This document shows positions 18,933 to 28,965 of a stretch of DNA of 64,000 bases, in pieces. Position 1 is the first letter of the stretch. Every line of letters begins with the position of its first letter. The notes under the pieces are model-generated. The model was not told the DNA's origin and did not search any database. It saw only the letters and a list, made by a program, of their open reading frames with translations. Origin of the DNA: Candidatus Bathyarchaeia archaeon (GTDB lineage: Archaea > Thermoproteota > Bathyarchaeia > Bathyarchaeales > Bathycorpusculaceae); NCBI GenBank assembly GCA_049969855.1, contig JBMFOB010000002.1, forward strand, positions 38,456 to 102,455, written 5' to 3'. A program made the translations under genes and the position numbers.

Positions 18933-21314
18933 TTAAACCCCGCTGCTTAGGGTTCTTTTCCAACTTGCCAACAAATCCTTCAACGAAGCATCCACAACAA
19001 CTTCATCGGCTAATCCGTAAACGCATAACCTTGGAGCCTTTGCGACTTTACCTATTTCAGCATACGCAACACCTTTAAACAGTGCCTCAAACTCTTTTTT
19101 CGCCTTTTGTGAAACTTCCACCAAAAAGCGACTGTTAGACTCCGAAAACAAAACGAAATCATTACGATTCACATTTTCTCTTGGAACCTTTCGCAATTGC
19201 AATTCCATTCCATATCCGCCAGCAAAAGCCATCTCCGCAGCCGCCACGCCTAAACCGCCTTCAGATAAATCGTGGCAAGCCTTAACCAATCCTAAATCAA
19301 CAGCCTTAGTAATTGCCCTAAAAGTTTTCATGGCTTGTTTTGCCCGCACTTTCGGCACAGAGTTTCCAACAAAACCCTTAAGCCTATAATATTCTGAACC
19401 GCCCAGCTCGTTATAGGTTTGTCCAACAATGTAGATTAAGTCGTCAACATCTTTAACATCTATGGACACAACCAAACGAACATCTGGAACTATGCCCAAA
19501 GCAGTAATTAAAAGCGTAGGCGTAACCGTTCCAAGCGGAGATTCATTGTAAAGGCTGTCCTTTCCAGAAATAAATGGTGTTTTAAAGGCTGTTGCAAAAT
19601 CATAACATGCTTCACAAGCCCTAACAAGACTGCCAAGGATTTCGGGCTTTTCCGGGTTGCCCCAAGTGAAATTATCAAGTAAGGCTATTCTTCTTCCGCC
19701 AACAGCCACATTATTTCTTATAGCTTCATCTATTGCTGAGGCAGCCATCCAATAAACATCAATTTTTCCGTAATTTGGATTCATCCCACATGAAATGGCT
19801 AAGCCTTTCCACGAATCCATCAATGGTTTAAGCACAGCCGCATCATTAGGTCCAGCAAACTCACCATGCAACGGCTTGAGCAAAGTGTTCCCTTTAACCT
19901 CATGGTCGTAAGTGCGTATCACACTTTCTTTGCTTGCAATATTGGGCGAAGATAAAAGTTGCATAAACGTTTCAGTTAAGTTTTCTGGTTCTTGAAAGGA
20001 TGGCTCCTCAAAAATTTTCGGCTTATAATGGGCGGTTCTTATAACTTTGGGCGGTTCAAAGAGAAATGGAATCTCTATTTCCGCAACCTTTTCGCTTTGA
20101 AAATAAACCCTTAAAACCTTATCCTCTGTATATTTTCCAATAGCATTAGCCTCCACATCCTCACTCCTGAAAACTTCTAAGACTTCTTCCAAATTTTCAG
20201 GAGAAACAGCCAAAAGCATCCGCTCTTGCGATTCAGAAACATAAATTTCCCAAGGCGCCAAACCAGAATACTTCAAAGGAACCTTATCCAACTCAACAAC
20301 AGCGCCACAACCAAAACGCTTTGCTGTTTCGCCAATAGCAGATGATAAGCCGCCTCCGCCTAAGTCCGTTATTGCCGATGCAATCTCCAAATCTCGAATC
20401 TTAATTATCGCCCTCTTCAGCTTCTCCTCCTCAATCGGATTTGCAATTTGAACCGCTGGTCTCGAAACCTCTTCTGACTTTTCAGTCAACACAGCAGATG
20501 CAAAAGTTACGCCGTGAATGCCATCCCGACCGGTTCTTCCTCCAGCCAAAACTATAATATCATCTGGTTTGGCGTTTCTCCTAAACTTTTTCAATGGAAG
20601 CAATCCGACGCATCCACAGTAGACAACCACATTCCCAACATAGCTTTCATCAAAGTATATGGCTCCATTAACCGTTGGAATGCCCATGTTATTGCCATAA
20701 CTCCCTATACCCGCAACCACCCCCATGTAAACATATTTCGGATGCTTAACCCCAGACGGAAGCTTTTCAAATTCAAAATTTAATGGACCAAAACCCAAAA
20801 CATCCATGCACGCTATCGGGTCAGCCCAAACCCCCAAAACATCACGAATCACCCCACCAACCCCAGTGGCTGCACCACCAAAAGGCTCCACAGCAGAAGG
20901 ATGGTTATGAGTTTCAACTTTAACTGCAACTCCATAACCCTTATCAAAACGGATTATGCCAGCATTATCCTCAAAAATTGAAAAACACCATCTTGGCTTA
21001 ACCTCATTGGTTGCCTTTGCAATATACGTTCTAAAAAGGCTATCAATATCTTTCCCATCAAACTTTACCTTACCCTTAAAGGTTTTGTGAAAACAATGCT
21101 CAGACCACGTTTGTCCAATTGTTTGAAGTTCCACATCTGTTGGATTTCGCCCTTTCCGCCTAAAATATTCTTTAATACTCTTCATTTCCTGCAAATTTAA
21201 TCCTATGCCAAGTTCAAGGCTTAATTCTAAAAGTTGTTGTTCAGAAGCTTCAAGAATGTTAACTTCAAAAAGTGGAAAAGGAGTTTTTCTGCGAATGTAA
21301 AGGCTTTCAGTCAT
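18933..21314 (-). CDS. purL: FGAM synthase subunit II
   Basis: WSEHC, ETHNHPS, DLGGGG, SESQERM, HDLSEGG. Confidence 0.97.
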   Translation of the reverse strand: MTESLYIRRKTPFPLFEVNILEASEQQLLELSLELGIGLNLQEMKSIKEYFRRKGRNPTDVELQTIGQTWSEHCFHKTFKGKVKFDGKDIDSLFRTYIAKATNEVKPRWCFSIFEDNAGIIRFDKGYGVAVKVETHNHPSAVEPFGGAATGVGGVIRDVLGVWADPIACMDVLGFGPLNFEFEKLPSGVKHPKYVYMGVVAGIGSYGNNMGIPTVNGAIYFDESYVGNVVVYCGCVGLLPLKKFRRNAKPDDIIVLAGGRTGRDGIHGVTFASAVLTEKSEEVSRPAVQIANPIEEEKLKRAIIKIRDLEIASAITDLGGGGLSSAIGETAKRFGCGAVVELDKVPLKYSGLAPWEIYVSESQERMLLAVSPENLEEVLEVFRSEDVEANAIGKYTEDKVLRVYFQSEKVAEIEIPFLFEPPKVIRTAHYKPKIFEEPSFQEPENLTETFMQLLSSPNIASKESVIRTYDHEVKGNTLLKPLHGEFAGPNDAAVLKPLMDSWKGLAISCGMNPNYGKIDVYWMAASAIDEAIRNNVAVGGRRIALLDNFTWGNPEKPEILGSLVRACEACYDFATAFKTPFISGKDSLYNESPLGTVTPTLLITALGIVPDVRLVVSIDVKDVDDLIYIVGQTYNELGGSEYYRLKGFVGNSVPKVRAKQAMKTFRAITKAVDLGLVKACHDLSEGGLGVAAAEMAFAGGYGMELQLRKVPRENVNRNDFVLFSESNSRFLVEVSQKAKKEFEALFKGVAYAEIGKVAKAPRLCVYGLADEVVVDASLKDLLASWKRTLSSGV

Positions 21315-21562
21315 CTTTCTTCCTCAACCGTAATCACATAATCATCCTTTGTTGGATTTGCCAAAAGTCTCCTACACATTTCATCCGCCTTCACATTGGC
21401 TTCTTCCTTGGATTCTGCTTCAAGAACTACGCTGTAAACTTTACTAACATTCGCAGCATCAACTCCATAGCCAAGCTCTCTAAGTAAACGCGCTGTGGTC
21501 TCACCCTCAGGGTCGCTGTGTCCAGGCTTTAACCTAACTTCAATTTTTAAACGGTATTTCAT
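21311..21562 (-). CDS. purS: FGAM synthase subunit PurS
   Basis: LKPGHSDPEG...LLANP. Confidence 0.95.
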   Translation of the reverse strand: MKYRLKIEVRLKPGHSDPEGETTARLLRELGYGVDAANVSKVYSVVLEAESKEEANVKADEMCRRLLANPTKDDYVITVEEER

Positions 21563-21616
21563 AGGCTAAGTTTGAGTTTTAAAAGATTTAAACACTTTTA
21601 TCAGCAAAAACTAAAA

Positions 21617-22699
21617 TCATTTCAAAACGATCTTCCTATCCCTATAAAGAATCCTGATTCCTCTGGAATCCGTTACAAAGCCTATCGGTTCAACTTGTAC
21701 ACCATTTTTCTCCAAGACATCTATTGCCTTGTCCTCATCCTCTTTGTCAACCACCACCGCAAAACCCCATCCCATGTTAAACGTCTTAAACATCTCCTCA
21801 TCCGTTATTTTTCCACCCAATTCCGAAGCGGTTTTCTGAATTAACTCAAAAATCGGCTGCGGTTTGAAATTGTCAAACTTGAAACCTATACCCTTCGAAA
21901 ACTCCGTCAACCTATCAAATTTTAAATATGCATCGCCAGTAATGTGCACCGCAGCCCTAACCCTAACCTCTTCAGCAACCCTAAGCAATGGCGTAACATA
22001 TATCCTAGTAGGTTCCAAAACTTCGTAAACAACTTCCCTATTCAATCCCTCTGGAACATCGTAAGGCTCATATTTTCCACCCCAACGCTTAAAAAGAACT
22101 TTCCTCGCCAAAGAAACACCATTACTGTGAATTCCAGAACTTCTCAATCCAACAACAACATCGCCAGCCTTTATGTCTCTTCCATAAATTATTTTCTCAC
22201 CAGAAACCACCCCAATAGCTGCCACAACCAAGTCAAACCCTTTACCCTCCACCAAACCCTTCACTACCTCGGCAACATCACCAATCTCCCCACTAGGCAC
22301 AACGCATCCAGCCTCAACAGCCCCTTTGGCTATTCCCTTCAACAATTCCCTAATTAAGCTCGGATCAGAAACTTGAGCGTGAATGTTATCTGCAACCGCC
22401 AAAGGCTTAGCTCCAGACCTAATAACGTCATTAACAGCCATAGCAACGCCATCAACACCTATCGTATTGTATTTTCCAGCCAACTGCGCAACAAGAACCT
22501 TAGTGCCCACACCCTCAATAACCAAATCCAAAAAACGCCCATTCTCCAAGGGAAAAATGTTTCCATAAGGAAGCTTAACAACTCTACCATAACAACTAAA
22601 CTTATAAGTTTCCATTAAAATCCGCAAAGCCCCCTTAGATTGGCTTCTAAGTCTTCTGTTAACGCCAGCTTGAGCATACGTGATTTTTTTAACCATCAT
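21617..22699 (-). CDS. purM: Phosphoribosylformylglycinamidine cyclo-ligase
   Basis: YAQAGV, EGVGTK, AMAVND, SSGIHSNG, HITG, TFNMG; start trimmed to the MM after GGAGGAG. Confidence 0.93.
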   Translation of the reverse strand: MMVKKITYAQAGVNRRLRSQSKGALRILMETYKFSCYGRVVKLPYGNIFPLENGRFLDLVIEGVGTKVLVAQLAGKYNTIGVDGVAMAVNDVIRSGAKPLAVADNIHAQVSDPSLIRELLKGIAKGAVEAGCVVPSGEIGDVAEVVKGLVEGKGFDLVVAAIGVVSGEKIIYGRDIKAGDVVVGLRSSGIHSNGVSLARKVLFKRWGGKYEPYDVPEGLNREVVYEVLEPTRIYVTPLLRVAEEVRVRAAVHITGDAYLKFDRLTEFSKGIGFKFDNFKPQPIFELIQKTASELGGKITDEEMFKTFNMGWGFAVVVDKEDEDKAIDVLEKNGVQVEPIGFVTDSRGIRILYRDRKIVLK

Positions 22700-22857
22700 T
22701 TTTGGTGCTCCTCCATTAATTAATAAATGACCAATTAACATACGATGGCTTAGAAAATAACGTTTTTGGGACAGTTCACCATGAATTACAAACTTATTGA
22801 ACATGGTAAGAAAAATTTTTATTCTAATTAAACAATAATTGGTTTTGAAGGAGAAGT

Positions 22858-23151
22858 ATGCTGAACTTAATATATTCTTCATATTCTCTTCTAAATGCTT
22901 TCAAATACAGAGATAGAATGACTATAATTGGAGATATCTTAAAGAGTATTAAAGAGTCCAGAAATGGAAGGAAACTGTCTCAAATAATGCAGAGTGCAAA
23001 CCTAAACTACATTCAGACAAAAAAGTATTTGAATTATCTCCTTAACTGCGGTTTCCTTGTAGTTACTGAAAAGGAAACGTACACTATAACAAGTAATGGT
23101 TTAAAGTTTTTGCAGTTTGTCGAAATACAAAGAATACACATGATACGCTAA
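22858..23151 (+). CDS. Small archaeal winged-HTH regulator
   Basis: RDRMTIIGDIL...IMQSANLNY...YL..L...Y.IT..G.KFL. Confidence 0.8.
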   Translation: MLNLIYSSYSLLNAFKYRDRMTIIGDILKSIKESRNGRKLSQIMQSANLNYIQTKKYLNYLLNCGFLVVTEKETYTITSNGLKFLQFVEIQRIHMIR

Positions 23152-23232
23152 TTATGTTATCTAAAATAAAATGTCAAATTTCAGCGAAGATGATTAAACT
23201 TAATTATTTTTAACCATCTTTTATATCTTGAT

Positions 23233-23309
23233 GCGGTCGTAGTCTAGTTTGGTTAGGACATCAGCCTCCCACGCTGACGACCCGGGTTCAAATCCCGGCG
23301 ACCGCACCA
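23233..23309 (+). tRNA. tRNA-Gly(CCC), CCA encoded, no intron
   Basis: GCGGTCG/CGACCGC acceptor stem, TCAGC-CTCCCAC-GCTGA anticodon arm, GGTTCAAATCC T loop. Confidence 0.97.
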
Positions 23310-23384
23310 AAGCTAATTGGTTAATGCCATGTCGTGGTTGTTGTTTTTCAAAAATGAAGCTTATTAAAGGATGGAATTTGGTTT

Positions 23385-25601
23385 TTAGGCTTCTTCGTAG
23401 AATTCTTCTGGTTTTGGTGGTGTTGGGCTTAGGCCTCTGCGTTTGCGTATTTGGGCTATTATTTCTGTTTGCATTGATTCTGGAACTGGGGCCCATCGGC
23501 TGAATTGTGTTGCCCAGAAGGCTCTTCCTTGGGTTGATGAGCGTAGTTCGTCTGCTAGTCCGAAGGATTCGGCTACTGGCATTTCGGCTTTTATGATTAC
23601 CATGTCTTCTTCGTTTGTCATGTCTAATATTTTTCCTCGGCGTTTTTGTACTATGGCAATGACGTTGCTTACGAATTGGTTTGGAACTTTGCATTCAAAG
23701 TTTAGGATTGGTTCTAGAAGTTTCGGGTCGCTTAGGAGGAAACAGCACCATATTGGACGCCATGTCATTGGGAGTATCTGGGCTGGGCCTCTGTGGACTG
23801 GGTCTTCGTGGACTAGTATGTCTTCTAAGTTAACTTTTAATCCGTAGGCTGGTTCTTTTGCTAAAACTGATGTGTAGACGGCTTCGCGGAAGCCTGATTT
23901 TACGTGGTCTATTATTTCTTCTACGTATTGTCTTCCTTTTATTCTGTTGACTAGTATGTTTGTGCCTTCTATGGCGATGACGTTGCGGGCGTCGTCGGTT
24001 GACCATCCGAACTGTTTTAGAATTTTTTGTCTTTCGTCTCGGGTTTGCATTTCGTTGATTTTTCCTGTTCTTATGGCTTCGATGACTTCTTCTGGTAGTT
24101 TTTCTATTGTTACCCATAGGCGGTTGTGTTTGTTTGGGCTTTTGCCCATTATGGGTGGTCCTTTGTAGTCGTGGCTTATTGTTTCGCGGTAGATTACTAT
24201 GGGTTTGCTTATTTTGACTTTTAATCCTGCTTCTTGCATTCTGTAGGCTGTAACTTCTAGGTGGAGTTCGCCCATGCCGCTTAGGAGGTATTCTCCGCTT
24301 TCTTTGTTTATTATGAAGTGGAGGTTTGGGTCTTCCAGGGTTAGTTTGTGGATTACCTTGTCGAAGAGAGGCAAGTCTTTCACGTCTTCCGGTTCAACTG
24401 CAACAGTGACTACGGGGTCTGAAACATATTTTAGTCCTTCAAAGGGTTGGGTTTCTACGCCTTCTTCTGCTATGGTTTCGCCCACGTGGATTGATGGTAA
24501 CCCTGATAATGCGGCTATGTTTCCAGCTGGGATTTCGTCTACGATTACTCTGTCTGCGGCCATGCTCATGTAAACTTGCTGGATTGTTCCTTTTTGGCGA
24601 CTGTTTACGAGGCTGACGGTTTTTCCCTTCTTGACTGTGCCGCTGAAAACTCTTCCTATGGCGATGACTCCGCTGTGAGGGTCCACTTCGATGGTTGTTA
24701 TGCACATGAGGAGGGGTCCGTTTGGGTCAACTTTTGCCATGGCTTTGCCTACTGGACTGTTCACGTCTCCAGGCCATATTTGAGTTTGTCTGTATGGTTG
24801 TGCGTCTAGTGGGTTTGGCAAGTGTTCGCAGAACATGTCCAGTATCGGCTCGTATAATGGTGCTTTTTTGCTTAGGGCATCCACCTTCTTTGCGATTTCG
24901 TCTGTTTCTCCTGCGTATGCGTCGATGATTTCTTGGAATGTTATGCCCTTTGCCTTCATGTGCGGTAGGTTTAGTCCCCATTTGTGGAGGGCTGAGCCGA
25001 AGGCTACTCTGCCATCTTCAACTTTGACTTGCCAATCTTTTTTGTGTTCTGGCGGCGCATATTTTTCTATGAGGTTGTTTATGCGTAGGATTATTTTTGC
25101 AAATTTTCTTTGGATTTCTTCTGGGGTTAGTTTTATCTCTTTTATGAGTCTGTCAACTTTGTTTATGAAGAGAATTGGTTTAACCCTTTCTCGGAGGGCT
25201 TGCATCAGAACTGTTTCAGTCTGCGTCATTGGGCCTTCTACAGCGTCTACAACTACAAGTGCGCCGTCTACTGCGCGGAGGCTTCTCGTTACTGCTCCGC
25301 TGAAGTCTATGTGTCCAGGCGTGTCAATTAGGTTTATTAGGTGTTCTTTTCCGTTGTATGTGTGGACCATGCTTATGTTGGATGCGAAAACGGTCATCTG
25401 TCTTTTTTGCTCCAGTTCCCAACTGTCAAGGTAGAGTTGTTGTCCAGCTCTTTGTTCGCTTATTATTCCCGCCGCAGCTAAAAGGCTGTCTGAAAGTGTT
25501 GTTTTTCCATGGTCTACGTGGGCTATTATGCTTGTGTTTCTAATTATTTCTGGATTATTCATCAGTTTGACGATGTCTTCAATTTGCCTATAACGTCCCA
25601 T
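23385..25601 (-). CDS. fusA: Elongation factor 2, possibly the archaeal paralogue aEF-2p
   Basis: AHVDHGKT, DTPGH, NKVD, GMGELHL, HEDPVHRGPAQ; switch I reads RQMTV rather than RGITI. Confidence 0.92.
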   Translation of the reverse strand: MGRYRQIEDIVKLMNNPEIIRNTSIIAHVDHGKTTLSDSLLAAAGIISEQRAGQQLYLDSWELEQKRQMTVFASNISMVHTYNGKEHLINLIDTPGHIDFSGAVTRSLRAVDGALVVVDAVEGPMTQTETVLMQALRERVKPILFINKVDRLIKEIKLTPEEIQRKFAKIILRINNLIEKYAPPEHKKDWQVKVEDGRVAFGSALHKWGLNLPHMKAKGITFQEIIDAYAGETDEIAKKVDALSKKAPLYEPILDMFCEHLPNPLDAQPYRQTQIWPGDVNSPVGKAMAKVDPNGPLLMCITTIEVDPHSGVIAIGRVFSGTVKKGKTVSLVNSRQKGTIQQVYMSMAADRVIVDEIPAGNIAALSGLPSIHVGETIAEEGVETQPFEGLKYVSDPVVTVAVEPEDVKDLPLFDKVIHKLTLEDPNLHFIINKESGEYLLSGMGELHLEVTAYRMQEAGLKVKISKPIVIYRETISHDYKGPPIMGKSPNKHNRLWVTIEKLPEEVIEAIRTGKINEMQTRDERQKILKQFGWSTDDARNVIAIEGTNILVNRIKGRQYVEEIIDHVKSGFREAVYTSVLAKEPAYGLKVNLEDILVHEDPVHRGPAQILPMTWRPIWCCFLLSDPKLLEPILNFECKVPNQFVSNVIAIVQKRRGKILDMTNEEDMVIIKAEMPVAESFGLADELRSSTQGRAFWATQFSRWAPVPESMQTEIIAQIRKRRGLSPTPPKPEEFYEEA

Positions 25602-25774
25602 AATTAAACCTTCCTTACGCTAGTTAAGTAGGATTTTTTGATGGAATATTCTGTTTTAGTTTCTTTAATCATTGTTCTTCGCTCTCTAAAGAAGAGCTAC
25701 ATGGATGAATGAAATGTAGCCTATTAACTTTTTGTCGTGTTTGCTTAAAAAGGGCTACATGAACTTTATATCTA

Positions 25775-26224
25775 TTATTCCATTAGTGTAACCATTCTTT
25801 CCGCAGTTTCCTTGTCTATGTAGAAGCCTCCTCTTGCTAACCTTTTAACGCCTAAAAGCAAACGAACATTGTTTAGCGGTATGGGTTTGGCAGCCACTTG
25901 CAAGTTTTTAAATCGGATGAAGGAAACTAATGGTTTATCTTTGACAAATTGAAAGTATTGTTCTGCAGAGCTTAAAACAGATTCATTGCCATGTTCCCTC
26001 CACAACTCCTCGGCTTTTCCAACTTTTCTTTCGATGAACTCTGCGTAACCGCCTATCTCGCCGACTGGTTTTGAAACGTAAAAGATAAGTAATGAAGCAT
26101 TTGTGGGTGGTGCTCGCGGTCCACCGACATAGGAGTGCACTTGTTTTCCTTCGCTGCTGCGACTGCAGAATTTGCGCCACCACTTTTCCTTAATCATTAT
26201 GACGAAAGCGTATTTTTCCTTCAT
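25775..26224 (-). CDS. PUA-like (DUF365/EVE/ASCH) domain protein
   Basis: LIFYVSKPVGEIGGYAEF...ELW pattern. Confidence 0.65.
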   Translation of the reverse strand: MKEKYAFVIMIKEKWWRKFCSRSSEGKQVHSYVGGPRAPPTNASLLIFYVSKPVGEIGGYAEFIERKVGKAEELWREHGNESVLSSAEQYFQFVKDKPLVSFIRFKNLQVAAKPIPLNNVRLLLGVKRLARGGFYIDKETAERMVTLME

Positions 26225-26311
26225 CGAACCACGTTAATATGCTGAATGCGTCATCATTTAAAACTTGTTGAACTAAACTTTTTAACGGAATGGTTGTTTA
26301 TTCAATTGTTG

Positions 26312-27202
26312 ATGTCTAGCAAAGAATTTTTCGTAAACCGTTATGCTATGTTAGGCTGGAAATATGAGGATGCAGAGCTGAAGCCAGCAATTAGGATAAA
26401 CGCTATGAACGCACGAGAAGAAGAGGTTGTTAGAAGGCTGCAATCTTTAGGCGTAGAGCTTGAGAAAATTCCTTTTCTGGAAAAGGGCTATTGGGTTTCC
26501 CGTTCAGAATTCTCTGTTGGAGCAACAACAGAATACCTTTTAGGCTATTATTCAATTCAAGAGGCTGCATCCCAAATTCCAGCTACGCTCTTCACGAACT
26601 TGGAAGACAAAATTGTTTTGGATGCATGTGCCGCCCCTGGTGGAAAAACTGTTCAATTAGCAGATTTGATGGGGAACACTGGCGCAATTATAGCTTTAGA
26701 CGTTAAGTTGCAGAGGTTAACTGCCCTTTCAAACCAGCTTGAGCGATGTCATGTAAAAAACGCCATAGTCTACAACTTAGACGCAAGATATGCTTCTAAA
26801 TTAGGAATGAGGTTTGATTGTATACTTTTGGATGTTCCATGCTCTGGTAACTTTTCAACAGACAAAGAATGGTTCAAACGCAGAACAATTAAAGATGTGG
26901 AGGAAAATGCAAAGCGTCAAAAAGAAATATTGAGTGAAACAGCCAAGGTTCTGAAGGATAATGGAGAAATAGTCTATTCAACTTGCTCCTTAGAGCCTGA
27001 AGAAAACGAACTAAACATTGACTGGGCAGTAAAAAACCTTAACCTCAATGTGGAGAAAATTAACTGTTATGGCGAGCCTTCTCCAACAAAAATTTTCGGA
27101 AAAACGCTTGACGGTCAAGTAGAAAATTGCAGAAGAATTTGGCCGGGAAAAACTCAGGGCTTCTTTATCTGCAAACTCAAGAGGGAGGCTAGCGTGCGAT
27201 GA
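26312..27202 (+). CDS. RsmB/NOP2 RNA m5C methyltransferase
   Basis: IQEAAS, DACAAPGGKT, LLDVPCSG, YSTCS..PEENE. Confidence 0.93.
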   Translation: MSSKEFFVNRYAMLGWKYEDAELKPAIRINAMNAREEEVVRRLQSLGVELEKIPFLEKGYWVSRSEFSVGATTEYLLGYYSIQEAASQIPATLFTNLEDKIVLDACAAPGGKTVQLADLMGNTGAIIALDVKLQRLTALSNQLERCHVKNAIVYNLDARYASKLGMRFDCILLDVPCSGNFSTDKEWFKRRTIKDVEENAKRQKEILSETAKVLKDNGEIVYSTCSLEPEENELNIDWAVKNLNLNVEKINCYGEPSPTKIFGKTLDGQVENCRRIWPGKTQGFFICKLKREASVR

Positions 27203-27669
27203 AAGTTTTAAAGGAGTTTGTAAGCCGGTTTGGTGCACGCATAAATGTGAACGAGAATCTTGTGGTGAAGAAGGAAAACAGATACTTTCTTCTGAATGAA
27301 GGGTTGAAAAAGCTCGTTGGGAAGGATTTCTTTTATGCTGGAATCTATCTTGGAAAAGTGAGGAATGGAAAGTTTTTCCCGAGCTTTAACCTATTGTCGA
27401 TGATTGCGGAGAAAAAGGCAAACAAAATATTTGTTGATAAGAGGTCTGAGTGGCTTTTCATTTGTGGAAGAGACATATTCAAACGAGGAATAACAAACGT
27501 GGTTGGTTCGAAAAGGAAGGGTGATTATACGCTTGTCTTAAACCAGTATGGTGAGTGCCTCGGCTTTGGCAGAATAATAAGCAATTTAGACGAGATTGTG
27601 GAGGGTGTTACTGTGAAAAATATTTCTGATTTGGGAGACTTTTTAAGAAGAGAGAAACGCCAAGCCTAA
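27199..27669 (+). CDS. NIP7-like PUA-domain ribosome biogenesis protein
   Basis: AGIYLG, EWLFICGRD, LGFG, DLGDFLRRE; coupled to the NOP2 gene. Confidence 0.8.
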   Translation: MKVLKEFVSRFGARINVNENLVVKKENRYFLLNEGLKKLVGKDFFYAGIYLGKVRNGKFFPSFNLLSMIAEKKANKIFVDKRSEWLFICGRDIFKRGITNVVGSKRKGDYTLVLNQYGECLGFGRIISNLDEIVEGVTVKNISDLGDFLRREKRQA

Positions 27670-28952
27670 GCTATTTCATCTATTATTTTTCTGATTTTAA
27701 CGGTTTTTTGTTCTCTCTTTGCTAAGTCTCGAAGGACTACTGCTTCTTCTTTCAGTTCTTTTTCTCCGACTATTATCGCATATTTTATTTGCCTTCTGTC
27801 TGCATCTTCTAGGGCTTTAGTTATTTTTCGACCCATAACTTCAACTTCTGTGGGTATGCTTGCGTCTCTTAGCATTCTTGAAATTTCCATGGCTTTTCCA
27901 ATAAACTCTTCTTTAGTTGGAATTATCACAACCTTATTTTTTTCCATTTTCTCTAATGGAACTTTTTGGGTTTGTATGGCTAACATTATCCTATCTATTC
28001 CGTGGGCTACTCCAACTGCTGGTGTTGGTTCGCCGCCAAACAATTCAATAAGCCTATCGTATCTTCCACCGCCACCTAATGCTGTGTCTATTTCTGGCAC
28101 TGTCACTTCGAAAATCATTCCAGTGTAATATTCAAGTCCCCTTGCAAAGCCAGCATCAACTGTTATGTCAATTTTACTTTTGCTTTCTGAGATAAGTTTC
28201 AATATTTCATAAAGGTTTTCTGCAGCAGCCTCAGCTTTTTTGTAATTTCTGACGCATTCTTTCAGTTTTTCAACTGTTTCGAAAACGTCAGCACCTTTAA
28301 GCTCCACTAATTTCTCGAGGGTTGTTACGCACTTTTCTTTGACTCCTGCATCTTTTACCAATTTAAACGCATCATCATATAGTTTTTTGTCCATTAACTG
28401 CATGGCTGAGTTTTGTGTTTTCTCTTCCAATTTTTCCTCTGTCATTATGCCCCTTAAAACTCCGACATGTCCAATTTTGAAGGTGCAATTCCTTAGCCCT
28501 ACAGCATTCATTAAACTGTTTGTTAGCATTATTATTTCAGCGTCTGCTTCTGGCTTGTCTGAACCCATAAGTTCATAGTTTGATTGCCAAAATTCCCTAT
28601 AACGCCCTCTTTGAGGCTCATCGTAACGATAAACGCTTCCCACCGAAAAAAGCCTCAAAGGTTTAGGCTCATTTTTTAAAGTGGTTGCAACGAGTCTAGC
28701 AACGGAAGCTGTGAATTCTGGGCGGAGAGCAACCATGCGGTCGCCTAAGTCTCTGAAGGCAAACATTCTTGAACGAATTTCTTCGCCAGATTTAGCTGCT
28801 AAAAGTTCATACGATTCTACAACTGGCGTTATTATTTCTTGATATCCGTAAAGTTCAGCCACTTTTCTGGCTTTGTCTTCGATGTATTTCATTATTTTTG
28901 CTTCTTCTGGCAGAAAATCCCTCATTCCCCTAACTGTTTTGAACTGTGGCAT
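27666..28952 (-). CDS. hisS: Histidyl-tRNA synthetase
   Basis: RGMRD, LRPEFT, RYDEPQRGRYREF, RGLEYYTG, GGGRYD. Confidence 0.97.
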   Translation of the reverse strand: MPQFKTVRGMRDFLPEEAKIMKYIEDKARKVAELYGYQEIITPVVESYELLAAKSGEEIRSRMFAFRDLGDRMVALRPEFTASVARLVATTLKNEPKPLRLFSVGSVYRYDEPQRGRYREFWQSNYELMGSDKPEADAEIIMLTNSLMNAVGLRNCTFKIGHVGVLRGIMTEEKLEEKTQNSAMQLMDKKLYDDAFKLVKDAGVKEKCVTTLEKLVELKGADVFETVEKLKECVRNYKKAEAAAENLYEILKLISESKSKIDITVDAGFARGLEYYTGMIFEVTVPEIDTALGGGGRYDRLIELFGGEPTPAVGVAHGIDRIMLAIQTQKVPLEKMEKNKVVIIPTKEEFIGKAMEISRMLRDASIPTEVEVMGRKITKALEDADRRQIKYAIIVGEKELKEEAVVLRDLAKREQKTVKIRKIIDEIA

Positions 28953-28965
28953 GCTAAATTCTCCG

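Noticed and set aside
22700-22882. N-terminal extension of the purM ORF
   Set aside because: AT-rich intergenic sequence; the RBS and homology begin at 22699
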